The notes beneath the pieces are model-generated. The model saw nothing but the letters and a program-made list of their open reading frames with translations. It was not told the DNA's origin and did no database searches. 64,000 nucleotides of DNA, taken from the NCBI RefSeq assembly GCF_000002075.1, contig NW_004798018.1:219154-283153 (forward strand), in the 5' to 3' direction. Every line of letters begins with the position of its first letter. Within the stretch, counting starts at the first letter, position 1. The stretch comes from Aplysia californica (Eukaryota). The position numbers were made by a program, and so were the translations under genes. Shown here in pieces: positions 38,353-50,269 of this stretch.

Positions 38353-39763
38353 ACGTCTTAAATGAACACATAAAATGTCGATACAATATAGTATTGGTTT
38401 CCAAAAACTTGCAAAATTTATGTTAGTTGACTTTTGTCTTTGAAATTTTGCTTGTCCCTGATAGGTGAGAATGAATGGGGAAAAAAGAATTAAAACGATT
38501 CATGTGAACTCAACAAAAAAAACCTGTCAATGATAACCCAGCAACTGCTCAGTCAAAGTAAGAAAGGAAAAAGAGGAAGAAATAAATGTCGGGATATATA
38601 TCACTGGTCACATGTTTATCAGAAGCCACAAGGTCCCGCATGTGGGTAAGGGCTGACCTTTCAAAAGAACAAAGCGTGATAACATTGTTAATTATCTTAT
38701 CGCTGTCTTTCAAAAATGGATTTATGACGGAACACTCCCTGTTTATTAGATGATGCCGTTATAGACTTTAAAAGCGCTTGAAGGTACCCTGAAGGCAGGT
38801 TTTCCACCTTGTGTAAAAAAAAAAAGGCACAGCTCAAAGATTTGTAGTAGTCATTCCAAAGGTATTGGTACAATCAGTCAACTGCATTTGCAAATCAAGG
38901 CAATGTATCCATCAAAGCAAATTCAAAGATGTGGGAATGGAAACTCTACTCAGCAGTTGACTTCTTTTGACTGAGGAGCCCACATTCATACATTGATGCT
39001 TCTCAAGATGAGATTTTCTTCTAAGATTTAAAAATGTACATACATTGGGATTTACGCTACATTTGTCCCTGGGGTAAACAAGTAGAGGTAGAGAATCTAA
39101 ACCACCACTTCAGTAGGCTCTCTATCTAATTTGTCTGTCAGCAGTTGTTAAAATGAGATAAAAACAAATATATACTGCTCTCTTTAATCTTCCCAGGTCT
39201 TTGCATTGGAGTCTAAAAGTTGCATTACCAACAGAATCTAAAAGTAGTAAAAGGCCATTAATAATGAAGGTCACTGCAAACAAAGGATCTGACCTGTTTC
39301 CTTTGACGTAAGCCTAAAGAGTACTTAAAAAATAATAGGGGTTTTACAGTACACTTTAAAAAAAAACATTTAAAAAAGTTGACCTCACACTTTAACGCAC
39401 GCCTCTATGAAATGATCTTGATACTGAAATGTGGGGGAATGGTGGTGTCACTGTCCAATTTGAAGGCTTTGTTTTACTGTAAATCCAATATGATAACATG
39501 TGTGTAATATATATCAGAAACATTTCAATCACTGGATCAGGATTTTTAAAAAAAGATTCTTGTGTGGTCGCTGGCCTTCAGAAGTGCCATGCAAAGTTAC
39601 ATTCGAACTGGCAAATCAATATGATAGAAATGTTTTGATGCAGACAGACGAAAATGAACCAGCTATATTTCAGTGGTAGATAGATCTAGTAGGTAGTAAC
39701 AGTAGCTCTACTAAAAGTTGATATAATAAGACTGGGAAAGTTAAACTAGATTTAACTGAAGGC

Positions 39764-40318
39764 AGCGGTTATTTGGACTCGAGTCTGAATAGCCTCCCGT
39801 GGCTATTCGGACTCAAAACTCATATGCGCACGCGCAAACAACGAGTGTACCAGATGTGAAGCGGACAGGCAATTCGACCTTGGCCTTCCTTAGTTTCTAC
39901 GATCAGGCAACATTTTAAAGTATTACTGATGTCAAAAGTGAACAACAGTTGCAAAATCTGAAATACTACACAACAAAGGCAAACAGGGAAATGGCAATCT
40001 GAGATCAAAGCAGTGAAAAAAAGTTTCAGAACAACAAAGGATTATAACTCTATCAATAGGTAGTCTGAACCCGCTTCATTGGACGAGAAAGACAAAAATC
40101 ATTGATCAATAATAGGAAGTCCAGTCAGGAATTAAGTTAAAACCCTTCCAAAGGGAACAACAGTCATTCAAAGTAACAGTGGTCTATAGTTAAAGGAAAA
40201 GCTTTTCTAACAGTATACTTTACATTATGTTCAAATAAAATCAGGATAATACCGAGCATTGGAGTTTGAGTCCATATAGCCACGGGAAGCTATTCAGGCT
40301 CGAGTCCGAATAGCCACT
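39764..40318. mobile_element. Unclassified TIR element with about 55-bp palindromic TIRs
   Basis: 39764-39821 and 40262-40318 are inverted; each contains the palindrome consensus ggctattcggactcgagtccgaatagcc. Confidence 0.8.
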
Positions 40319-40456
40319 TTGTTTAATTTAAACTGAATATCAGTAGGCTAGATATTCAGTCGAACATTCTTCAGAATAATAGCAGACAGATCTCTCTTCT
40401 ACTCTATAATAATTCAAAACAACATACATTGAGAATTAAGTGTGAGACAGTTATTA

Positions 40457-40585
40457 TTAGATCTAGATATCTAGATCTAGATCTAGATCTAGATCTATGT
40501 CATGATAGTGGTGTAGTAGTAGAATCTAGTAGTAGATCTAGATTCTAGTAGTGAATTGTCTAGATCTAGATCCTAGAACTAGAAG
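40457..40585. repeat. (TAGATC)n self-complementary microsatellite with (TAG)n
   Basis: tagatctagatctagatc arrays. Confidence 0.85.
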
Positions 40586-40927
40586 ATAGTACAGTCAGTA
40601 GTAGAATAGTGTGACAAATGTATTGTAAGTTTGAATGGAAGAAAACCGTTTGTCTCCTTTCGTGGTGATAACAAAACTTGATCTACTTCGTTATGAAATT
40701 TTACTCAAATAATCAGCCTAATATGAACGCATGCACTCTGTTACAGCGCTCAAAAACTTTCAACACAGCAAACCTGGCCTGAACCTGGGGGTGGGGCACA
40801 TAAAACCATGCTCATGAAAGAAAAGGGAAATTGACACAAAATATGGATGGTTGTCAGACGAGTTGTATCATTGTTCTATCTATTCCATCCATTATCAAAA
40901 TTATCGAAGCCAAAGGTTCATACTCAC

Positions 40928-40987
40928 CGCTTTTCCTTTCTCCTTCATCTCAAAATTATTGAGATATGCCTTGAATCTTTTCGCCAT
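40928..40987 (-). CDS. MTMR10: MTMR10/11/12-like pseudophosphatase, coding exon 1 (MAKRFKAYLNNFEMKEKGKA)
   Basis: ATG at 40987-40985 (gacATGG context); open 60 nt ending in a GCG|gtgagt donor (phase 0). KRFKAYL resembles the N-terminal TFRSYL of vertebrate MTMR10. Confidence 0.8.
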
Positions 40988-41276
40988 GTCCGAAATCCGT
41001 ACCGATCCCTGGAGGCATTCACTCTTCCTTCTTCGCAACCCTACTTTTGGCTGACATGTTTGTTTGCTCAATAAAGGGAAAGTAACTCTGGCTAACTAGC
41101 CTAACCTGTTGCCTCCACCCACCCCTTCTCCGCACACCTTGGCTAGGCGTACACACTACACACGAGTGAGTGGGCCATTCGGAACACACAACATGTCAAT
41201 AGCAAGGCACTTTTGACCTCATTTGGTTTGTTTAGGTGCGCGCAGTGGACAGACACTGCACTTGAACGTTGATGAA
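40988..41276. promoter_or_regulatory. Putative bidirectional promoter plus both 5' UTRs
   Basis: Only 289 bp between two divergent ATGs; CACCC-rich and CpG-containing. Start sites themselves are not visible. Confidence 0.7.
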
Positions 41277-41665
41277 ATGGCCCAGCCTCTCTTCAGACGA
41301 TGCTTTAGACTGATGTATACTGTGCGCAAGTTTGATTTGCCCTGCAGCAAAAAAATTGTTGTTCAGAATCAAGGTTGTTCATACAGTAGCAAGAGGCCAG
41401 ACAAGACAGACGATTTACCACTGCTATTCCCTCAGCGGGTGAAGAACGTCAGAACCAGACGAACTGAACCTTTAGCATCTCTAAGATCTCTGACCCCGCG
41501 TCATGACAGCAGGAAAAAGGAAAGACAACAGAGGCGCATCGAGTCTTCCCGTTTTCTAGAAGAAATGAGACTGGTTGATGAAGATGTTTTTACTGACAGC
41601 CTTGCTGTAGAAAATTCAGTAAACACACTCGGGAACCCTGTGGAACTCAAAGAAAATTATATGAG
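41277..41665 (+). CDS. NGRN: Neugrin (mitoribosome assembly factor), exon 1
   Basis: gaaATGG start. Arg-rich, acid-free N-terminus MAQPLFRRCFRLMYTVRKF resembles a mitochondrial presequence. AG|gtaaa donor (phase 2) matches exon 2. Confidence 0.85.
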
Positions 41666-41795
41666 GTAAAATCAAAAAGTTTATAAAGCTAAATAACATT
41701 TATGTAGCCTATGAGTATGAGACATAAAAGCTCTTCCCTGGTAGAATCTAAATTCACAATCATATGAAATATTTGAGTTATAAATTCAATTTTTT

Positions 41796-44500
41796 AAACG
41801 CAGTGGCTACGTTCACTGCGCCGTGAACGTAGTCTGCAGGCTAGGTTCACGGCGCCCTGATTGTAGTTGGCAGGCTACGTTCACGGCGCCCTGAATGCAG
41901 TTTGCAGGCGCTGTTGAGGCTACGTTCACGGCACTCAAGCTTCGTTTAGTCGGAGCGTCCACTGCCGGTTTAAGGCATGATGCTGGGAAATTTTGAAATT
42001 GCTTACAAATGTGGTAGCATCATTGGGTAGCATCAATATAAAAAGAGTGGAGAATTAAGTCATGAAGTAAAATTTTGAAAATTCTTTTGTATTGCTATGG
42101 TAACGCCTGTCATATTAGAATGTCATATATATAGAAAATGCTCACATTTCTAAAAAATCTATCATAAGGTTATAAATGATTTTAAATGTTACAATAAGTG
42201 GTTTTGCAGCCTTCCGTGGCTGTTTTAGAGGATGGACTTGGCATTTTTAATGTAGGAGGAAAAGCTTTTCCAGAATCGAGGTCCTAAATATGGGAATTTT
42301 TTACCTAAAAAATCTCAGATCCAAACAACGGATTAAATTTATAATAAAATCATTTATTCAAGATTTTTTTTTTGGACGTCACTACTTATTACACTAGAAA
42401 AATGTTTCATCTATCAGTATACCGAAAATTATGACGATATCTTAACAACTTTTCGCATGATATATTTTTGTGCCCCCCCCCCCTCCCACCCCCCTGAAAG
42501 AGCCCAATTTGAGAGAAAACTCCTAAAAGTTTGGACGTGCAAAACTTACTGTAAACGTAGTACGTTATACCGTGGCGTCCAAAAGAAACTTGAAAATGTA
42601 ATCACCCAGTCATCGTGTTAAAGCCTTGCATTACCCACTCATGCAGCATACCAATTTAATGCTAAATAAATTCTTCATCATCTGACACATTAATATTTAA
42701 TCTATTTTAAGAGACGCCGAGATATTGTCACTCAAATTTGACCTTAAAAAAATAAGGCTTGGCAAAATTGTGCGAAATCAAAGAAACGTAAAATTGTCTT
42801 TGCGCATTTATTGAAGAGTATCAATATTGATCGAATAGCGATATATTGAATGCCCAATGAATGGAGAATTGTGTCTTTGCAATAAACAATATTCTATTAC
42901 AATATTTTGTCACGATAGTTTCAAACATAACGGAAAACAGAGCAATCACAGATACTTGAGATACCACACAAAACTTCGACTCAACACTAATTGTGTTCAT
43001 TGTTATTTTGCTTAGGAACCATTGGCTTTGTGTTGTGCACGAAACCTTTGGGCATCAATTCAATTTAGTTTGGGATATATTTATCAGTCACTTCATTTCA
43101 AATGTCACAGAGAGTTGCAAACAAAGGGTCTGAATTGGGGGCAAAGTCGTTTTTCTTCAGCCGCTGTTTCTTGGGACTTCACATACCTGTAGGATTCATA
43201 TCGGGGCTGTTTGCTGCTAACTATTCGAACGTTGACTTGATTTAGTTTTTTAAGAAATCTGTAATGGCATTGGCCCTATGAGAAAATGCCGTGTTTCGCA
43301 TGGGGATGACTACTTGAATAACACCGTGACGAAAATAAGGGTAAGACATGACGTTCCAGCACTTGCGCGATGTAGTCCACTTAACCAAGGCATCCGGTGA
43401 TTCTCACGAGAGCGGCTTTGTTCATTTCACCCCAGGCCACCCAAAACCATGACAGTTTCGTGGCCTCTCTTCCTCACTGACAGATGTTCAAAATCGTACA
43501 GGGTCTGTGCGCAAAAGAGGTTTCGAGCTCGGTAAGAAACCAACAGCTCCTGAACAAAAACAAAATTAAAACTAATGAACACAAGTAACTGTTACGTCCA
43601 GGTTTTGTGAGGCATTTGTAACTGCTCTGTTTTTCAATCTTCATTAGTTTTCTGCTCAGCTCAGCTCTTCGTTGTTGGTGTTTTGGAAGCTCTGAAGGGC
43701 ATTGAACATACGAGTCTCGTAGTTGCAAGAAATTTTCAAAAAATAACCGTGCTATCAACTTTCCTTATCTCTTTACTGTATAAAAGTGTATACATGATAT
43801 GAAATACGCTTGCAAATAGTTTGAATGAAAGAATGAATATCTCGTTCTNNNNNNNNNNNNNNNNNNNNNNNNNNNNNNNNNNNNNNNNNNNNNNNNNNNN
43901 NNNNNNNNNNNNNNNNNNNNNNNNNNNNNNNNNNNNNNNNNNNNNNNNNNNNNNNNNNNNNNNNNNNNNNNNNNNNNNNNNNNNNNNNNNNNNNNNNNNN
44001 NNNNNNNNNNNNNNNNNNNNNNNNNNNNNNNNNNNNNNNNNNNNNNNNNNNNNNNNNNNNNNNNNNNNNNNNNNNNNNNNNNNNNNNNNNNNNNNNNNNN
44101 NNNNNNNNNNNNNNNNNNNNNNNNNNNNNNNNNNNNNNNNNNNNNNNNNNNNNNNNNNNNNNNNNNNNNAGACAGAGGCAGAGAAAATAGAGGGGGGGGG
44201 AGAGAAAGAGAGAAGGAAAGAGAAAGGGGAGAGACAGACAGAAAGAGAGAGAGGGTGTTTGCTATTATGATAAGAATTCTTCCCGTCATTTTCTCTCTGT
44301 GTCGGTTCCCAGGCTTTTTCGTTTTCCTTCGTCTCATGGGATGGAACATTTGAAGCTGGCCAAAATATGAACGTCACTGTAGTCACTGACTAAAACCGGC
44401 AGTGGACGCTCCGTCTAAACGAAGCTTGAGTGCCGTGAACGTAGCCTCAACAGCGCCAGCCAACTACATTCACGGCGCCGTGAACCTAGCCACTGCGTTT
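41796..44500. mobile_element. Composite TIR element in the NGRN intron
   Basis: Left end 41796-41971 and right end 44393-44500 are inverted repeats built from 34-bp palindromic units. Confidence 0.85.
43010..43740 (-). pseudogene. Decayed Tc1-family transposase
   Basis: Frameshifted motifs in the expected order: HKTWT, TVMVLGG, LVRITG.L..DYIAQVLERHVLP, MRNTAFSHRA..TDFL, ANSPDMNP, I*NEV...I..MP. Confidence 0.85.
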
Positions 44501-44525
44501 TTTAAAATAGTTATAAAATATTTGT

Positions 44526-45898
44526 GAGTGTCTGTACACACGCAATTGCATGCACCAACTCATTTTTTGCTTTTCAACGCAATTGCGAGCACCAATACAT
44601 TTTTTTGCTATACGCACGCAAGTGCGTGCTAGGTATCATATTTTGCTATGCATGCAATTCCGTGCTGTAATGAAAAAGAGTGTATCTATTACCAAGATAT
44701 TGCACTTCGTCTCTGGGCGTTTGTCCATGTCGTGGCGGGCCTGCTTTGCTGCTTAGTGCGGGATGGGTTACGTCACTAGATAGGCGATAAGAGGTTGGAT
44801 TCATCTCTGACTGCTTGGGGTGTGTGTATATGTGTGCGTTTGTGTGTGCACAACTTTGTTTGGGGATGAAAATAGGAGGTACAGAATGGTACTGGTACAG
44901 ACTAAATTTATGGAACGAGAATTGCTGAGATTGTTAAAAGATTTATAACCCAAATTAATCCACACATAAAAGAACCAAAGGGAAAAAAAGGAAAAAGGAT
45001 TGGGGGGGTGGGGGGGGAGCACCTTATTTTATCAACCCTCTGTCAAATTTACCTGCCTCAGGCGGCCAGACGTGGTCTCCCATTGCCCAATGCTTTGTCA
45101 GGAATTTTGAATCAGCCCCTCACGCTGTGGATAGGCCATCATAATCCATTCACCTGATCTTATTGTTAGTCCCTCCAGTGAATGTTCCCAAGTTGACCAA
45201 TGGGTTGGCCTAACAATACATTTTCTAGCTGGTGAGGGAAGCATGGTGCGTCATAACCAACGCCTACTCTAAACTAAAGTCATAACTATAAGCCCCGCCC
45301 ACAACTCATGCACAGATCGTGTGTGAGGTGACTGGTCACTGTTTTGTTTACCTAATCTGTAACAAAGTAGTAATGGACATTGACATGAACTTGCAACAGA
45401 AGCATAGCTCATTCTCTGAGTGGTGGCGACCCGTGTGTTTGTTTTACCATGGCACTCGGTCTTTATAGTCTTACTTACGCAATGTTTCGTTTATTCTATC
45501 CTTGCACAAAATCAGCAACAAAAAAAAAAGCTTACCAAAAGAAACAACTCATCAAAACAACACAAAAAACACTTCTTACACCACCCACCCCCCTTTTTTA
45601 AAAGAAAACAAAAACCCTTTTGAATTAGCCCTATAGTAGTCTAAAGTCTGAGATCAGCCCGGGTTTGGACCTCAGAAGAGAATGATTTGCTTTCTTCATT
45701 TCGACCAGTCCTGCCTAAGACAGCCTCCTGTGTTATACGCCACGGCCACTTTTCTCCTTAACAATAGGTGGCCGTTTTACACAGGTTAGCCTTTACAAAC
45801 AATTTCGTGCGTATAGCAAACTATGATACTTTGCATGTAATTTTGTTAGTATAGCAAAATTTTACTTACTGTGCATCCAATTGCTTGTGTATGGACTC
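44526..45898. mobile_element. Old TIR element (GAG...CTC ends, internal tttgctatacgcacg repeats)
   Basis: tacacacgcaattgcatgcac versus gtgcatccaattgcttgtgta, plus inverted subterminal repeats. Confidence 0.55.
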
Positions 45899-46196
45899 AG
45901 CCTAAATATTCTATCAGAGTTTATAGTCAGGGAATAGGTGAAAGATATAGGCCTATTATAGTGATTGGGGATGACCGCAACTTGGCAGTTCGAGTAGCGG
46001 ATAAGAGCCAGGGCATGGCAGAGATAATAGTGATAATACTACTGTGGATTTATAATAATAATGTTTTAAATCCCTAACAAGTGGGGGCTTTTACACTCTG
46101 AGCTTCGCACAGTGCAGAATACTGAAAAATCAAAAGATCAAAGATACACACTGTGAGACAATTTAGTTCAACATCCACACTGGCACATACGCACGT

Positions 46197-46198
<2 letters not shown>

Positions 46199-46269
<71 letters not shown>
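46199..46269. repeat. (CA)n microsatellite
   Basis: Read directly. Other simple repeats: (TC)n 8711-8758, poly-C 30100-30130, (TG)n 31840-31867, (TA)n 55865-55919, CAA-rich 26525-26592 and 30330-30470. Confidence 0.95.
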
Positions 46270-46270
<1 letters not shown>

Positions 46271-46504
46271 CCACATGTGTGTACACTCACACGTGTGTTC
46301 ACACGCACTCACACTACACGCATACAACTCACACACTTTCTCATGTACATTACTACTACTAGTATAGAACAATTTATCTGGGAATAAATCTGACCAGTAT
46401 GCTTGTATTGATAATTTGTAGGAAAGCTTTAAACTTTAATGTACAATATATTTGGCAAAGCCATGTTGATGTTGTGGCCTAGAGTCTGACTTTTTTTTTT
46501 TTGA

Positions 46505-46790
46505 TAAGTGTTTTCCGCCACTCGCAACTACATAAGGTCATATCAGCGCACGGGACACATTAAACATTTTCAGTTGGTAGGAAATTTTGAATTTTGCCCG
46601 GGTGGAGGCCGAAGCCTACTCTTATCGATTTTAGACCACCAAGGGATCTTTAACGTTCGCAACTTGCACACGGGACCTCCGAGATTTTTCGCCCTTGTTC
46701 GAGAAGGCTAGGTGTAGATCCTTTCCTACCGTACAGAAGATCAGGGGTGTGGCCGAAAGACAGAAGTAAGAAAGAGCCAAGGAGTATGGG
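46505..46790 (-). mobile_element. SINE family A3 (Deu/Nin-like central domain, shared tail), 5'-truncated
   Basis: Similar to 54757-55040 and 55190-55712; sense motif ggaggtcccgtgtg...gttaaagatccc resembles Deu/Nin SINE domains. Confidence 0.75.
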
Positions 46791-46839
46791 TCTGACTTTG
46801 AGCTTTTTTGCTTCCCAATAGTAACATACAACAGGTCAC

Positions 46840-47137
46840 TTAACTCTTTAAGCCCTGAGTTTTTTCTACCATTTCCTTGAGTTTTTTTCTGCAGTCACCT
46901 AAACCTAGTGCACTATGTCTCATTATAACCCCAAAAGCTTGCCTCCAACTTCTAAATAGCAGGAACAAAGGCTTCAATTAGTCATTACTAAAAACTTGGT
47001 TGGGGAATAGTTCCCAAAAACAAGCCAGAACTAGAACTAAATAAAACGAAACCGTTGTCACTAGTACTGAGCGTCCGATGGGGAACAGGGTTATTACCGC
47101 CGGACGTTCACAGTATCCGATGGGGTTCAAAGAATAA
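46840..47137. mobile_element. piggyBac-like MITE (degenerate)
   Basis: ttaa|ctctttaagccc ... gggttcaaagaataa. Confidence 0.4.
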
Positions 47138-47475
47138 CACCCTGTTTATTTGACAACTAGTAAATCATAGTAAAGTGCGCAGGTCTTCACAAAGTTCAGT
47201 GTGTGATGCTCGTGAGTTTTGTTCCTGTTCCCTATTTTTGTTTGTGGGAGGGCTATTATATGAAAATTATGAAGAGTCAACAATATTATTTGCTGACTCT
47301 ACCTATATGTTATTGAAGAGGACAAAGTGTGATTTTGTAGAGATAACAGTTTTAGGAATGAATTTTCAAGAATATGAATTGAAAGGTGAGGTGAATGCCA
47401 AAAGTGGATTGAACCAGTATGGATCTATGTATGTGTGTGTGTAATTAATTGTATGTTCTTATATATATATATATA

Positions 47476-47918
47476 TGTGTGAGACATCGAGGTTTGAAAT
47501 CAGGCGCTTGTCAAAATGATGAAATTGGAGAAACAGGCATTTTTCTGCCAGTTTGGCAATTTGTATTGAATTTTTGTTTTTTTGCTCCACACATTTTATG
47601 TCCACATGTAAAAACTCATTTCCACGTGAATTTTACTGAAAAACGTTTTTTAAAGGCACAAAATATGGGATTTTTCCGTTTTCAAAGACTCTGAACCTAT
47701 TGATGTTACCAAACTTTGGCGGCCATTTTCTAGTTAATTTTACCACTGAAACCAAGCGACCCTACCACCTTCAATCGCAAATATCTCGACTTCTGTTCAA
47801 GATAGATGGATATTTTTCTGGTGAAAGCAAGGCAAATGAATAAGCTTACAAATGATACCAATATCTCCACATCCCCAAAAATTGAGGAGTGCCTGATTCC
47901 TCTGCATTGTGACACATA
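47476..47918 (-). mobile_element. TIR MITE family F (TATGTGAC-like ends with gaaatcagg)
   Basis: Imperfect TIRs; homologous to 51092-51561 and 63150-63593. Confidence 0.7.
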
Positions 47919-48061
47919 TCATTATATTGTGTTATTTAGGTGAGGGGCAGTGTGTGTAAGGGCTCCCCTGAAGAGAATAAAAAGGAACATCTCTCTCTAT
48001 AAATAAGCCTTTCAAAAACTTTCTGAATTAAGAAAAAAAAACCCACTTTGAATTACATGTA

Positions 48062-48962
48062 CAGTTGAACCTGCTTCAATGGAAACTGTCCATGACAGAA
48101 ACCTATCATAACGGAATCTCCCGATTCCCTTCGATAAATTCCATTATAATTACCTCTATAAAACGTCAACCTGTTCAACCCCTACACGGGAAGAGAAATT
48201 CCATCCTCTTGTAGAGTTTTGACCTTTCAAAGACAGAAAATGCTTTGCCAACTCTGCCCTGATTTGAAACAAAACTCCTATGTTTGTTTCCATCGGCAAT
48301 AACCTTTATGCCACTCTCCAGGCGAGGAAGGGGGAAAACGGATGCAGCTTGGGGGTAGCTGTTATCCTATCCATGTGTGTCCGGAACGTTGCAGGTGGTC
48401 GTCGTGGTATGAATGTGAAATCTCACCACTGCTTGTGAAAGTGCTCGAATGGCGCTCCAGCACAGAAACTTTCCTGGGAAGCCAAAGGTGTGAAACTGGT
48501 TTGACCAATGCCTGCCACTCTGATCATACAACCGGCCAAGAAAAAAGTTCTTTGAATCATTGTTTTGTACATGGATGGGATGCCCTTGTTTGATTGTGCT
48601 TAATATTACACTGATGAATTGGTCAAAGGGTAGAAACAATGGAAATATTCAATTTTTTTTATTTTTAATTGGTCAAACAGTGGTCCTATTGGATATAAGA
48701 ACTAGTGACAATGGATATTTAAGACTAACTCATGCCAATATCAGCAGAGAGACTAGACCGGCACTTGGAAAGTGTGAAGTTTTGACCATGGCTTGCTGAC
48801 CGGTCAGATGACCCTTACTTGATCTCACCGGCTATGGGCTGGCCCTCTGACTTGCAACTGGGAACCCCCTCCCCCTTAATTTCCCTATCCAAGACAGAAA
48901 ATGTCTATGGCTTAAATTTTTTTCTGGCTCCCTTGCGATTCCATCTTGGACAGGTTAAACTG
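48062..48962. mobile_element. Tc1/mariner (pogo-type) non-autonomous element
   Basis: TA|cagttgaacctg ... caggttaaactg|TA. Confidence 0.75.
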
Positions 48963-49086
48963 TACTTGAATGATGTCCACAGCATCATATTGTATGACAA
49001 ATTTGAACTAAAGAGTACATAGAGAAAAACGTGGGGGTGGGGGTGGGGGGGATGCAAGGGCTGTTAATTTTGTGTGTGTGATTGAC

Positions 49087-49402
49087 CTTAACTGATTCAG
49101 CTCGTAGCGCTGCTCACAACCGCTGACTGCCTCCTGTGTTTTGACACAGAGCCGCTCAGCTCCCTTTTCTTCTCATCATTTGCCTCTCATCTTTTTTTCC
49201 TAACTGCTTACATTTAAACCCTTTTTTCTGGTGTCATTGAATAGTATTTTGTATTCTGAACATTTTTATATCGCCATACTTAGGGTTTTTATCTAATTTA
49301 TATATATATTTCTTTATTCATTTTTTGTGAGACCACCCGTAAGGTCACGAAGTGGTCACAAGTTACCGGATTCAAAATGATCTACGGGCTGAATCAGTTT
49401 AG
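49087..49402. mobile_element. Small TIR element
   Basis: cttaactgattcagctcgtag / ctacgggctgaatcagtttag (19/21 inverted match). Confidence 0.55.
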
Positions 49403-50269
49403 TGAGATGTTGACTTTTTTCCTTGCTTATCATCCACAGGCATTTTAGGAATTTGTATCTTAGTGCAATGCATTTTCCATCCCTCCATCTTCCTCTGTAT
49501 AGTTCTATGATTCTATCACTATAATATGTACAGGTGTTATTATAGCATGTACAGTGGTCGCCACCTAAGTACGTTGTGCCTGGTCATCGATTTTATAAAC
49601 AAAACAGTGGGTTCTTAAACCTATTTCAAGGTTCACATTTTAGAGAGCTCCTATTGTTTGGGGTCCTGGTTATATCTCTTGTTTATAATTCAGTGATGGA
49701 ATATATGAGCTAAACGAGATACTGATACCCAAGAGAAGATAAAGATAGTTTATTTTTGCTTCGTTTCTTATGCAGTGTAATGTATAAAGTGGTTGAAGTG
49801 AAGCCTTTATTTTAAATATATTTTGCTTATGTTTTTTGTACAAAGGAAAGTGGGTTTTTTAATATGTTTTAATTGTAGGTGATTTTAGGTCCCCATCGAT
49901 GCAGTATTTAGATAATTTAGGAAGTAGGTCTCCGACCCTGCCTGTCAGGGCCAACGGGGGCTGAGAGAACAATACAGCATCCCAGCAGAAATGCCAAATA
50001 CATGATAAAAAATTTTTCCACACTCTGGAATCACACTACGGTCTCCTGTGTGTGACAGCAAAGCGTGTAACACTAATCGCTACATTACAGGCGCCAATGG
50101 GGAAAGTGTAAGTGACAGAATTTTTACAACAATATTGATGATACTGTTTAGATATTGTGTTTGAATTTTGGAACACTAATCAGAAATGTGTTGGACCATA
50201 TTTTGTTTCTTTTTTTTTGTTGCTAGTGTGATACATTATATTATAATTCTCTTTTGTTTGTCATTTCAG

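Noticed and set aside
41805-41935. Palindromic 34-bp direct repeats resembling a CRISPR array
   Set aside because: No spacers, no cas genes, eukaryotic intron, and mirrored at 44430-44500 as a transposon end.
43550-43595. 46-nt GT...AG intron-like segment in the Tc1 relic
   Set aside because: It occupies the position of the decayed W..V.FSDES.F.L coding motif, so it is more likely degraded ORF.
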